Of a stretch of DNA of 64,000 nt, positions 52,084-64,000 are shown piece by piece; positions within the stretch are counted from its first letter, which is position 1; every line of letters starts with the position of its first letter. The stretch is from Hemiscyllium ocellatum (lineage: Eukaryota), in contig NC_083412.1 of the NCBI RefSeq assembly GCF_020745735.1, forward strand, positions 62,214,320 to 62,278,319, written 5' to 3'. The notes beneath the pieces are model-generated. The model had not been told where the DNA came from, searched no databases, and saw only the letters and a list, made by a program, of their open reading frames with translations. Position numbers and translations under genes: made by a program.

Positions 52084-52532
52084 TCTGTAGAATATTAATT
52101 CTTTTCTTTTTATATTTTTACATTTCAAGTTATTTCATTTGCTAGTATAAGGATTTAGCAGTTCAAAGTACAGATGGCATTGTAATTTCAACTTCAAGGG
52201 CAAGAGTATAATGTTTTAATTCTGCTTCACTGTTAAGGAAGTTTCTAATAAACACGTGGTTTTCAGAATTGCAGCCCTGATTTTAAGTAAGGGCATCCTG
52301 GAGACTGATTTTTAGCCATCAATGGAAGTTTGAGAGTTAACACAATTGTGGAGCCAAGCACCCCAGGCAGTTTATTCTGTTATTTATAAACTGTGTTCAT
52401 AATACCCAAATGAGAAGAAAATGCTTCACATATGTTTTGCGATAGAAGAATCCTTTCTTTTTCCAAAATGAATGCTTGCTACCTCAGTTTGATAGATTTA
52501 GGAGTGATATTATCATTTTTTACATCTGTAAC

Positions 52533-53418
52533 ATCTGAGCTGGAAGGTTCATTTTCAGACGTTTCGTCACCATACTAGGTAACATCTTCAGTGAGCCTCT
52601 GGACGAAGCACTGCAGATGTTTCCTGCTTTGTATTTATATTTTTGAGTTTCCTTGGGTTGGTGATGTCATTTCCTGTTCTTTTTCTCAGGGAGTGGTAAA
52701 CGGTGTCCAAGTCAATGTGTTTGTTGATAAGAGTTCCGATTGTAATGTCTGTCTTCTAGGAATTCTCGTGCGTGTCTGGCTTGTCCTAGAATGGATGTGT
52801 TGTTGCAGTCAAAGTGGTGTCCTTCCTTATCTGTATATAAGGATACCAGTGAGAGAGGTTCATGTCATTTTGTGGCTAGTTGATGTTCATGTATCCTGGT
52901 GGCTAAATGACATTAATTTTGCTTGACAAACAACATTTACAAAATACCATGCAAGAACTGTAACAAACACTACATTGGACAAACAGGCAGAAAACTAGCC
53001 ACCAGGCTACATGAACATCAGCTAGCCACAAAACGATATGACCCTCTCACTAGTATCCTTACATACAGATAAGGAAGGATAACAGATCCATCCTAGGTCA
53101 TGCCAAACAGGGACACACACGAGAATTCCTAGAAGCATGGCATTCCAACTGGAGCTCTATCAACAAACACATTTGACTGACTTGGACCCTATTTACCACC
53201 AACTGAGAAAAAGAACAGGAAATGACTTCACCACAAAAAATGACATCACTAACCCAAGGAAACCCAAACCTATAATACAAAGCAGGAAACATCAGCAGTG
53301 CTTCATCCAGAAGCACTGAAGATATTACCTAGTATGGTGATGAAACATCTGAAAATGAACCTTTCAGCTCAGCGAGCAAACCTACATCCTGAGCTACAAA
53401 TCTCCTCAAAACTCGCTA
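52533..53418. mobile_element. PLE (family D) inverted duplication with GIY-YIG endonuclease remnant
   Basis: Plus frame from 52926: TNNIYKIPCKNCNKHYIGQTGRKLATRLHEHQLATKR (GIY-YIG); the left arm 52533-52905 is the reverse complement of the right arm. Confidence 0.9.
52556..52593 (-). ncRNA. Minimal type I hammerhead motif (family D), core intact
   Basis: CA-CUGAAGA-U-GUUACC(UAGUAU)GGUGAC-GAAA-CGUC/UG; a second copy lies on the plus strand at 53314-53351. Confidence 0.72.
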
Positions 53419-53599
53419 AAGTATTTTCCTTCTATACCCATTGCCCAACATGAACTCTACAACTCTGACTAGCACCAGCTTCTCATGAAAAACCACTACA
53501 TGTACCTAGTCCCTTTCACAGCATTCAAAACTATTTGAGACGTCCAATGTTTTCTAGAGAATAATGCATATCCTTGCGTATTTGATTTTGCTTTTTTTT

Positions 53600-53947
53600 A
53601 TCCATTCACGGGATGAAGGCATCACTGGCTAGGTCAGCATTTGTTGCCCATCCCTTATTGCCCAAAGGACAGTTAAGAGTCAACCATGTTGCTGTAGGTC
53701 TGGAATCACATGTAGGCCAGATCAGGTAAGAACAGCAGTTTCCTTCCCTAAAGGACATGAGTGAAGCAAATGGGTTTTTCCAACAATCGACAATGGTCAT
53801 CATTAGTTCCATCTTGATTCGAGTTTTGTTTTTTATCGAATTCAAATTCCACTACCTGCTGTGGTGGTATTCCAATCCAGGTCCCCAGAATATTATCTGG
53901 GTTTCTGGGTAATACCAGTAGTAATATCACTCAGCCATGCCTCCCCC
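53600..53947 (-). mobile_element. Full-length tRNA-derived SINE (probable MetaSINE) with L2-like tail
   Basis: Core GGAAAAACCCATTTGCTTCACTCATGTCCTTTAGGGAAGGAAA; its tail is shared with the L2-like LINE ends (e.g. 43320-43350). Confidence 0.7.
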
Positions 53948-54052
53948 AAAGGTTTCTATCCTTCACCATGACTTTCACCACTGAAAGTCAGTGTTGTGGC
54001 TTTCAATTAATTTACTGGTTACAAAATTGAGTATAATTTTAAAAATTTGAAC

Positions 54053-54165
54053 CATCACAGGTTGTAGTCCAACAGGTTTAATTGGAAGCACTAGCTTTCA
54101 GAGTGCGGCTCCTTCATCAGGTGGTGACAACCTGGACTATAACCTGGTGTTGTGTGATTTTTAAC
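54053..54165. mobile_element. PLE family C fold-back repeat
   Basis: caggttgtagtcca...ttcatcaggtgg | tggactataacctggtgttgtgtgattttt. Confidence 0.75.
54089..54123 (-). ncRNA. Minimal type I hammerhead motif (family C), core intact
   Basis: CAC-CUGAUGA-A-GGAG(CCGCA)CUCU-GAAA-GCUA/GUG; helix I CAC:GUG, helix III palindrome AGCU. Confidence 0.68.
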
Positions 54166-54374
54166 GTAATCATCATTGCAGATGACTAGTTCTGACAACA
54201 GTAATGCAAACCTTGCAATTTGATTTTCTTAATAATGTAGTTAACAATCTGATGGTATAGTTTGGTCAGACTTATTGTCTGTATACCAGGCTACCTCACA
54301 GTAATAGAATTTGTGTTTGTATGTGTACTTAAAATGTGTGAGTTCCTAATTTTAAATTAATTTTCTTTTTGTAA

Positions 54375-54899
<525 letters not shown>

Positions 54900-55202
54900 T
54901 AGGGTATCGAGACTTCTCTGACTAATGAGTAGCTGACTGTCACAAACAAGGAAGTTCCGATATTAATTCCCATTGTATGTTGAGTTCACTGAACATCAGA
55001 GCAATGCTGAGAATTAGTATGAATATTTTAGGTTCTGGAGGGAAAACCAGCTCAGATTCTTGAAGTCTGGTTGAAATACTTATCTTTGAACAAGATTAAG
55101 TTGGCCTCTGAAGCACTTCAGAACAAAAGAGAAAATAATCGCATTTCATGCTTCAATGATGATCACTTAAAGAAGAGAGGGAAAGCAATGTTGGGTAATT
55201 TT

Positions 55203-55512
55203 GATTAGACTTACAGTGTGGAAACAGGCCCTTCGGCCCAACAAGTCCACACCGACCCGCCGAAGCGCAACCCACCCAGACCCCTACATTTACCCCTTAC
55301 CTAACACTATGGGCAATTTAGCTTGGCCAATTTACCTGACCCGCACATCTTTGTGACTGTGGGAGGAAACCGGAGCACCCGGAGGAAACCCACGCAGACA
55401 CGGGGAGAACGTGCAAACTCCACACAGTCAGTCGCCTGAGTCGGGAATTGAACCCGGGTCTACAGGCGCTGTGAGGCAGCAGTGCTAACCACTGTGCCAC
55501 CGTGCCGCCCAC
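55203..55512 (-). mobile_element. Full-length young HE1 V-SINE
   Basis: Intact A box TGGCACAGTGG and B box GTTCAATTCC; CpGs retained. Confidence 0.93.
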
Positions 55513-56354
55513 AATGGAGGAAGGAAAGTGATCAATTCTAATAAGGTGTATTGTGTACTGAATTTGATGATTTTAAATGTTGAACATTTCGTTGTTAGAC
55601 TCAAGTACGTTTTGGATTTTAGATGAATATTTCTGATTTTTTTGGTGAACTGTCAGTCTTGATCTTACTTAATTTAATAAACCATTTAAGGAACAAGGGA
55701 AGGCTTTCGAGCTCCTCAAACCTGCCTACCCTTTCAGTTAGGTCAGAGTTATCCAGCCTTTTCATGTGAGTAGCCTCATTTCAATTTTTTTCCTCATTGA
55801 AGGGAGGTGAGCAAGCTTTGGAAAAATAAGACATATAAATTTATGTCACTATTATTAAAACACAGTAAATTTTTATTTGCCACTTTCAAATGAGACTAAT
55901 TTCTGTAACTGTAATATTGGCTTTGTTGTTTGTGGAACCTTGTGTGTGGGCACTCACCATAGTGTTACCTTATCTGCCCCATATTGCACTCATTCATATG
56001 GGGCTGCCCTCACCTGTTCCTGCTCCCTCCTGTCATCCTCAATTTCCCTCCTCACTCACATGCTCACTTATTCATAGTCGGGCAGGAATTGCTCAGGAAA
56101 TGCTCAGTGTCCACTTGAAGCCTCATGTCAGGTCAAACAAGGGCAAAGAAACATCCCAATTGATTACACCTACTGCTCCCTTAACTGATGACTCAGCATT
56201 TTTCTCCATGTTAAACAATACTTGGAAGAACTAAGAGTAGAAAATGCAAGATGCCCTGTGGGTGGGAGATTTCGGTGTTCATCACCAAGAGTATTGTGGT
56301 AACATCACTACTAACCAGGAAGGTTGGATCTGAAGAACATTGCAGCTGTGCTGG

Positions 56355-56488
56355 ATTCCTGATGAAGGGCCTTTACCGGAAACATCAATTTTCTTGCTCC
56401 TCGGATGCTGCCTGACCTGCTGTGCTTTTCCAGCACCACTCTAATCTTGACTCTAATCTCCAGCATCTGCAGTACCCATTTTTGCCTG
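56355..56488 (+). mobile_element. PLE family A short insertion within an L2-like endonuclease remnant
   Basis: Starts ATTCCTGATGAAGGGC; the upstream host sequence reads GDFGVHHQE. Confidence 0.75.
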
Positions 56489-56863
56489 TATTTAATGGTA
56501 TTGACTTCGATTGATAATACCTCTGTTTATGGTGCTATCACAGTGCTGAATGGCATAGATTTTAAACACCATCTAGCAACTCAAACCTGAGCATCTATAT
56601 GTTATTGTGTATTGTCTACAGCAGCAGTATTGTATTTTGCAGCATTTGTAACCTCATTGCCAAGTATATTCCCTGCTCTACCATTACTATAAAATTGTAG
56701 GAGGGCATGTCCAGCGCCAGAGATACCTAAAAATAAGTTGTCAACCTGGTGAGGTTGCATGGGAGTACTTGCTTGCCAAGCAGCAAACAGAAATGGCAGA
56801 ACTAAGCTGTCCCACAACCAAAACCTGTAGTCCTGCCTATTCAGTTGTGGATGGACTTTTGCA

Positions 56864-57150
56864 GGTTCTGCCCCCACTCCCAGCTCCACACCCACACCAG
56901 ACCCCAGCTCCCTGCCCTGCCGAGTTTTCACTATCCCTCCAGACCCCCCCGTCACTGAGGACGAATGATCAGTCCTCAACAAAGGACTCACCTTCATCCC
57001 CCTCCGTCCACGCATCAATGAACTTAATACACGCCGTGACGTCGAACAATTCTTCCATCGCCCCCGCCTCCGAGCTTACTTTCACAATCAGGATTCCCGC
57101 CCACCTTCCGAGGACCCCTTTGCCCACCTCCAACACACTGCATCTACCTT
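56864..57150 (+). mobile_element. PLE ORF N-terminal (pre-RT) fragment
   Basis: From 56918: CRVFTIPPDPPVTEDE*SVLNKGLTFIPLRPRINELNTRRDVEQFFHRPRLRAYF, matching the LS.E..VL.KGL.F.P...F.R.LRL..YF motif of PLE ORFs. Confidence 0.8.
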
Positions 57151-58164
57151 GAACAATTAGCCAAATAACAGGAAGCGATGACTCCACATCTCTCCCCCAT
57201 GGTCACTGATGGGGAATCCCAGCACGTCAGTGCATCAAAGCCAGAGATACCCAGTGAATGATCAATCTTGGCCACCTCATGAGGACCCCGGCATCACAGA
57301 TGTTAGTTTAACTCACTCTATGACATCTTTATTTGCTTTGTCAATGACCTTCCTTCCATTCTTAATGCCAGCAGATGGAGCTGTTCATTAATGATGTGCA
57401 ATGTTCAGGGCCATTTGTGTTTGCTCACTTGCTGACGTAGATTGGGCTAGTACGTGACAAGTAACATTTGGACAATGCAAGTTCCACATAATGACTATTT
57501 TGAACAAAACAGAATCCAATCATCTCAGCTTGATATTCAGTGACATTACCATTGCTAAATTCTCTACTAACAACATCCTGGAGGTTACCACTGACACTCA
57601 ACACCATTGTAGAAATGCAGAATGTTGATGTGCATACACAACACTATAATCATTGTTAGGCAAGTTCCTGAAGTGTACTTTAAAATAACGATTGCATGAT
57701 GTGAAGATATAATGCTAATTCAGACTGGAGTTAAAAGCTGATTTGTTTTATTATTTTAGAGTTCTTTGACACCAATCACATGGAAGTGAGTGTTTTTGGG
57801 ACACTGCACATGTTACTTTATTAAATGGTTGAAACCAAGTTCTGAATAGATGCTCTGCTAATAAGGCACGTTTTTCCAATGGCCTCGCCTTAGCATTTGC
57901 TTTTAGATCTACTGTGCACAAGAAGGAGTCGTGAATTGAATTATTTTCCCGTTGATCTTTTCAGTCCATGTTAGGACAGAATTTTTCCATTATTTTGTTT
58001 TTCCATTTTAAAGTGTGATGGTGATGTTGACTGAAACTTTTATTGTGAAGTCCAATTTAAAAACTAACCCACAGGGTTTCTTCAGAGTTAATTTTTTTTG
58101 CGCTAAAAAAGGATTCATCACTGATCAGACCGTAGGATAATGGTTTGCAACATAATTTTTCTTT

Positions 58165-58405
58165 TTCCCTCTCTCCCACTTTCACATTGTCTGTCTGTGT
58201 CTCTTTTTCTCTCTCACACAGTGTCTCTCTCTCTCTCTTACTCTCTCTCACACACTCCCTCACTCTCACACACGTTCTCTCACTCACTCACTCACTCACT
58301 CACTCACTCACACACACTCACGCACACACACAGTCCCTCTCACACACACACTCCCACATATTCCCTCACACACCTGCTGTCTCACTGACGCATACATGCA
58401 CACGC
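58165..58405. repeat. Compound (TC)n/(TCAC)n/(CA)n microsatellite
   Basis: Directly visible. Confidence 0.9.
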
Positions 58406-59379
58406 ATCCATTGTTGCAGAGGGCAAGGAAGATGTTTCAAGGACGTCCTCAAAGATTCCATGAAAAGAAAGTATCCTTATCAATATTAATCTGGTTCCAA
58501 GTGGCCACCCAGTCTGGAGAAAAGATGTCAGTCATCTCTAATACGCTGGAGACGCCACACACAAGCAATGTAAAATATATGAGGAAACCTGGTTAGAGTC
58601 TGTGAGGATCCAGCATGAGACTATTTTGTCACCTTGCTAGATGGAAGAAAGTCATCTGCGATCTCGAAGGGAACTGTCTTTGAAGATGATGTAGATAGAA
58701 AAATAATGTTAATTGTTGGAATTGGTTGACTCGACATTTTATCCATCACGTATATTTAGTCTGGTTATGAAATAACATTGCTTATGATTTGAATTCAATG
58801 CCTGTAAATGATTGAAAATTTACTATGAGATGTATCTCAAATATAGTGCATTCGAGTATTAGACTCTTAATTATACATGACATTCTGCAATTGTAGCAAT
58901 GTGCCTACTTTTTAAATAGTGACCATTCTTTAACTGCAATGTGTTCTTTGGAGCAGAGTAATATTTTTGAGGTATTTGATACAGTATATTAAAATTAAGT
59001 ATGAGGGAATGCTAGCATCCTTAATGAGGTTATATAGAAAATAAATTATGTTCAGATCCAGATATTGTATACTGAAAAAACCTAGAAGATTGGAAGATTG
59101 TTCAGGACTTGTTCATGAGAAATATACAGAGATGAAAATCAGTGTTCATAATTCAGTTACCACTGCTTTGGGTAGTTCAGAAATAGAGTTGACCCAGAAG
59201 AATTGTGCTTCGTCCAGTGTCTGCAGTAGTCTATCAAAGTCTCCTTTTTGCTCTAGCCATTTCTTGACTTCTCAAGATACAATTGAATTTTTTTTTCTGC
59301 AAACTACAGTTGAAATGATACATTTTGTTTTGAATAGTGGATACCGATGCACAATATTTTGAATTCTTGAGGTGGTAAT

Positions 59380-59740
59380 CAATAGAATAATAGAATCCCT
59401 ATAATGTGGAAGCAAGCCATTCGGCCCATTGAGTCCACACTGCCGTCCAAAGAGCATCCAACCCAGACCCACCCCATCTTATTCACTGTAACTCTGCATT
59501 TCCCATGGCTAATTCACCTAACCTGCGCATCCATGGACACTGTGGGCAGTTTAGTCTGGCCAATCAGCCTAATCTGCACATCTTTGGACTGTAGGTGGAA
59601 ATCCGAGGACACAGAAGAAACCCATGCAGACATGGAAGACAGGCAAACTCCACAAAGACTGTCACTTGAGGCTTGAATCAAACCAGGTCTTTTGTGCTGA
59701 GAGGCTGCCATGCTAACAACTGAGCCACCGTGTCATCCTT
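59380..59740 (-). mobile_element. Older V-SINE
   Basis: Degenerate head, V-domain and tail. Confidence 0.8.
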
Positions 59741-61205
59741 AAATAATTTAAGCTCATTTCACCTGCCTCAAAGACATAGCAAATCACAACAAAAATAACC
59801 TTAATTTAGGAAGAAAACCAATTGGAAAAAGAGAAAAACAATGCTGTTAAAATAAAACGTCTTCAATTAAACAGCAACGTAAATGAACCTCAATGAAAGT
59901 AAGAAAGAAAAATGAAGTGGAAAATACCGAAAGACATGATAGATGTGGAAAATTCAGGCAGTACACCTCTATTATAGTTGCATTTTTATTTTAAAGCTTA
60001 ATTTTTGAGTTTCCGTTCCTTGTGCATGGCTTCCTTGGGCAATGTTTCAGTAAGCAAAGAGGTGATTAAATGGAATATTACAATGATGGCTTTCAGTTTG
60101 TTTTTTTTTGTTGATTTAAAAAGGAGATTTCTTAGTGCTGCAATTCAGAAGTGGAACTCAGTTTGAACTCATTTCTCTTTTCGTTCTCTTATTCTTTCTA
60201 GAACGTTTTGGTTTCTACAGCAGAATGCTTTGGAAATTGTTGTTACTTTGAATAGCCAATAGAGGGCAATACCACACTGCTGGTTAGAAAGTATTCTGGA
60301 ATTTCTTGTCAGAACCTACATTAGCAAAATAACTTATGCAGTTACTCAACTAAGTAAAAAATATTTAACTCATTGAATCACTTATCTGCATTCTTGACAT
60401 TTAACTCATTTATACTTTGAAGAGAGAAATTTGCAGGGTTATTAGTGAAGAGGAGGGAATGGGACTAATTTGACAGCTCTTTCATAGACTCCTACAGTCA
60501 CGATTGAATGATTTTTTTTCTGTGCTGCATAATTCTGTGCACTAACAGATCTTTTGTGGGGGTGTTCAGTGAGTCAGAGGTTTTGTAACAACAGGGATGT
60601 TGTGCCTAGTAGTGTTATCAGGGTTCCTCATTTGTCACCATGGGGGTGGCAGTATTGACATAAAGAATTTTGGTCCCAGCCAATCACAATATATGTCGGT
60701 GATTTGGATTTGGGGGCTAACTGTAATGTTTCCAAGCTTGCAATGTTCAAAACCTGATGAGAATGAGAGTTGAGTATGCAAAAGGGGTTTTTGACAGGCG
60801 GAGTGAATGGGCATGAGTGTAGCAGGTGAAATTATAATGTGAATAAATGTGAAGGTACATATCTTACTCTCTGTTCTTGTTAATTATCTTCTCCTTCTCC
60901 AGGTCACTCTGGCGTCTATTACCTCACTCCCCCAAATTCACAGTGATACTCTTGTTAAACTAGAACCAATTGTCCTGGGGAGTGGGCCATTACTTCATTT
61001 ACAAAGGACAGGCATTGCAGCAGTTTTTATTACATCTTCAGATCAGGGTTATATAAACATTATGTGGATTAATATGTACAATCTACATGCAACTACATAA
61101 AAGATGCAGCACAGAAGTAGACCATTTGCTTCAAATAGCCTTCTTTTATGTTCCACAAGAGACTCCTCCTACCACTCTTCAGATAATTGTTTATTTTTCT
61201 GAGAG

Positions 61206-61211
<6 letters not shown>

Positions 61212-61257
<46 letters not shown>
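61212..61257. repeat. (CA)~23 microsatellite preceded by a short (GC) run
   Basis: Directly visible. Confidence 0.95.
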
Positions 61258-61258
<1 letters not shown>

Positions 61259-61704
61259 CCGTGGAAAAGCTATGGCATAAAAAGATGCCATTCAACCCAT
61301 CTAAACTGGTTGAAGGGGCAAAAGCCTCCCACTTTCCAGCAGCTGATCTTGTACCTTGGAAGTTACAGTTACATTTAAATTCGATGAGCATTTCTACCTC
61401 TGCTGACTTGGGCAGCAAATTCCAGGTTGCAAAGATCGTCTGAGTGACAGGTTTTCCCTCATGTCCCCTCTAATCCTCCTAATGCTCCCTTCTATATCTT
61501 GCCCTCTGAAGGCAAGCATTCTACATGTTTTTTTTTAACCATCTCAACTACCTATCCTGCCTCCTTCAAAGACCTGTGGACATACACTTCATGGGTCTCA
61601 CCTCCTTCACCCTTTTTGTTAGCCTCGTCTTAATTGTGTATTCCCTGACTTTGTTTGCCCTAACCAAATGCTAACTTCACACTTCTGTCTGTTCAACCAA
61701 ATTA

Positions 61705-61890
61705 AAAATTGCACAACAGCAGGTTATAGTTCAACATGTTTATTTGGAAGTACAAGCTTTCTGAGCGCTGCTCATTCAGCAGGTAGCTTGTACTTTCAAA
61801 TAAATCTGTTGGACTAAAACCTGGTGTTGTGTGATTTTTAACTTTGGCACCCCCCACCAATCCAGCACTGGCACCTCCACATCATGTTCA
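61705..61890. mobile_element. PLE family C fold-back repeat
   Basis: caggttatagttcaacatgtttatttggaagtacaagct...ttcagcaggt | agcttgtactttcaaataaatctgttggact. Confidence 0.75.
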
Positions 61891-62059
61891 ACCAAGCCAT
61901 TGATATAATTTCTGGAGTTGACAGCCATCCTTTTCGCTGTTATCAGTTTTTTAGAAATCGTGAACTTGTACAACAAACAGCAAGTAACCCAACACTGAGC
62001 CAGTAGAATGCCACTGGAATCTACTCTCCACTTACAAAAACATCCATTAACTGTTACAT

Positions 62060-62692
62060 CAAAGAATTGCAGAAAGTGGAGATCTGAAACAAAAAGAAAA
62101 CAGAAATTGCTGGAGAACCTCATTGGGTCAGGTAGTGGAATCAAAGTTAATGTTTCAAGTCCAGTCATCCTTTTTCAGAACTGGAAGCAGCTAGCAGAAG
62201 ATAGTACTATAGCCAATGAGGGCGTGGAGAAAAAGAGCAAGTGGATAGGTGGACATAGAGCCTAGAGAGAGGGAGAAAAGGGTATGCCAACAAAGGGATT
62301 GTGTGTTGTAAGCTAGGGAAGAAGAGAACCTATAGGTGATGATGGGGACTATGAGTAGTTGAAAATGGGTTGGTGTGCTGGAAGCAACCTGTTTCATGAC
62401 AGGACCTGGGGTCATGGACGTAGGTAATCGACATGGAAAAAGGTGTTCATGCTCTAAAGTTGTTAAATTTGGCATTGACCCCTCAAGGCTGGAAACAAAA
62501 GATGAGGTGTTGTTGCTCCAGCTTACACTGAGTTTTGCTGGAGCACTGCAGTCAGCCTGGGACAGAAATGTGGGAACACCGGACTGTATTAACGTGGCAG
62601 GTAACTGGAAGCTTGGGGTCAATTTTACAGACAGAACACAGTGATAGCTGTATAAAACACATATTTGTGGTTTGTCTCTCCAGTGTTGAGAA
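62060..62692 (-). mobile_element. Old PLE family B (pLTR plus GIY-YIG C-terminal remnant)
   Basis: Minus strand CKLEQQHLIFCFQP*GVNAKFNNF; parallels 36880-37450. Confidence 0.7.
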
Positions 62693-62699
62693 AATGACA

Positions 62700-63035
62700 T
62701 TGTCCAGTAGCTCAGTGGTTAGCACTGCTGCCTCATAGCACCAAGAATCCAGGTTCTGTCCCAGCGTTTGGGTGACTGGATGAGGTTTACACGTTTTCCC
62801 CATGTCTAAGTGAGTTTCTGTTGGATGCTCTGATATCCTCTACGTCCAGAGCTGTGCAGATTAAATTGATTGGCCATGCTAAATTGTCTATCATGTCCAG
62901 GGATATAGAGGCTAGGTGGGGTAACCATGGTAAATGCAGGGTTACAGGAAAGATAGTGGTCTGGGTGAGATGCTGTTTGGAGGCTCGGTGCAGACTCAAT
63001 GGGCTAAATGGCCTCTGTCAATACTAGGGATTCTA
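62700..63035 (+). mobile_element. Older V-SINE
   Basis: tagctcagtggttagcactgctgcctcatagc head, V-domain and tail. Confidence 0.8.
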
Positions 63036-63350
63036 TTCTAAGCAGAAAATGTGAGTTCTGATTGAAGTGCAGCTAAATTGCTGCTTCACTTGGAAGGTAT
63101 GTCTAGTGTTCTGGTTGGTGAGGAGGGAGGAGATAAATGAGCAAATGTTGCACCTTCTGTGCAGAACCCCCACAGCACCTGATAACCCAGTCTGATAACA
63201 TAGGCAGATGTCTGCTGGAACAAAAAGTTTCATGTTGTGGAAACCAACAGCATGCAGGGAAATCTGTACTTCTGGCTTTCCAAACAAAACCCTTCCACTC
63301 ATGGAATCTGCTGTAGTCAACATTTAGGTCATTGCATTATATCTTAACAG

Positions 63351-63597
63351 TTAGGTTAGATTAGATTAGATTACTTAGTGTTGAAACAGGCCCTTCGGCC
63401 CAACAAGTCCACACCGATCCTCTGAAGAGCGACCCACCCAGACCCATTCCCCTACATTTGCCCCTTCACCTAACACTACGGGCAATTTAGCATGGCCAAT
63501 TCACCTAACCTGCACATCTTTGAACTGTGAGAGGAAACCGGAGCACCTGGAGGAAACCCATGCAGACACGGGGAGAATGTGCAAACTCCACACAGAC
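63351..63597 (-). mobile_element. HE1 V-SINE, 5'-truncated
   Basis: (TAATC)n tail and V-domain; head absent. Confidence 0.9.
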
Positions 63598-63689
63598 ATA
63601 CTTAGTTAAAAAATCTTGATTCAGTAATAAAATTATGGAAGATTGTCTCTTAACTGTGTCGACGAAAGGACTGTAAAATATATATAGAG

Positions 63690-64000
63690 TCAGATAGATG
63701 TACAGCATGGAAACAGGCTCTTCGGTCCAACTCGTCCTTGCTGACCAGATATCCCAATCCAATCTAGTCAAACCTGCTTACACCCGGCCCATATCCCTCC
63801 AAGCCCCCCTATTCATATACCCATCCAGATGCCTTTTAAATGTTACAATTGTACCAGCCTCCACCACTTCCTCTGGCAGCTCATTCTATACACGTCCCAT
63901 CCTCTGCATGAAAAGGTTGCCCCTTAGGTCTCTTTTATTTCTTTCCCCTCACCCTAAACCTATGCCCTGTAGTTCTGGACTCCCCCACAGGGAAAAGACT
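63690..64000 (-). mobile_element. CR1/HER1 3' end running off the window
   Basis: Reverse complement of the 51290-51600 type sequence. Confidence 0.9.

Noticed and set aside
55420-55512. tRNA-like sequence (also at 13.9, 31.1, 59.7 and 62.7 kb)
   Set aside because: These are SINE heads continuous with the V-domain, not stand-alone tRNA genes.
58057-58489. His/Thr/Ser-rich or Arg/Glu-rich ORFs
   Set aside because: Translations of the compound microsatellite.

Overview
AT-rich, repeat-dense vertebrate genomic DNA. It is almost certainly from a cartilaginous fish: it carries HE1-type V-SINEs and HER1/CR1 LINEs, and a carpet/bamboo shark is plausible but only inferred. Three host genes can be read exon by exon with canonical GT-AG sites: HGD coding exons 1-2 (minus strand; the gene continues off the left edge), a complete 8-exon RABL3 (minus strand, 237 aa), and GTF2E1 (plus strand; putative non-coding exon 1 and first coding exon, the rest lies beyond the right edge). 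RABL3 and GTF2E1 sit head-to-head around a ~300-bp CpG-rich bidirectional promoter, in the same HGD-RABL3-GTF2E1 order as human 3q13.33. Almost all other ORFs in the supplied track are spurious or transposon debris: CR1 and L2-like LINEs, three SINE types, Gypsy remnants and a solo LTR, Harbinger Myb/SANT remnants, and many Penelope-like element (PLE) fragments. The most interesting signal is at least four (probably five) unrelated PLE-derived repeat families. Each carries a minimal type I hammerhead ribozyme with a palindromic helix III. Several occur as ~210-bp TSD-flanked fold-back insertions whose truncation/inversion junction repeatedly maps to the 5' edge of the ribozyme. All coordinates were counted by hand; repeat boundaries are approximate and family names come from recalled consensus features, not database searches.
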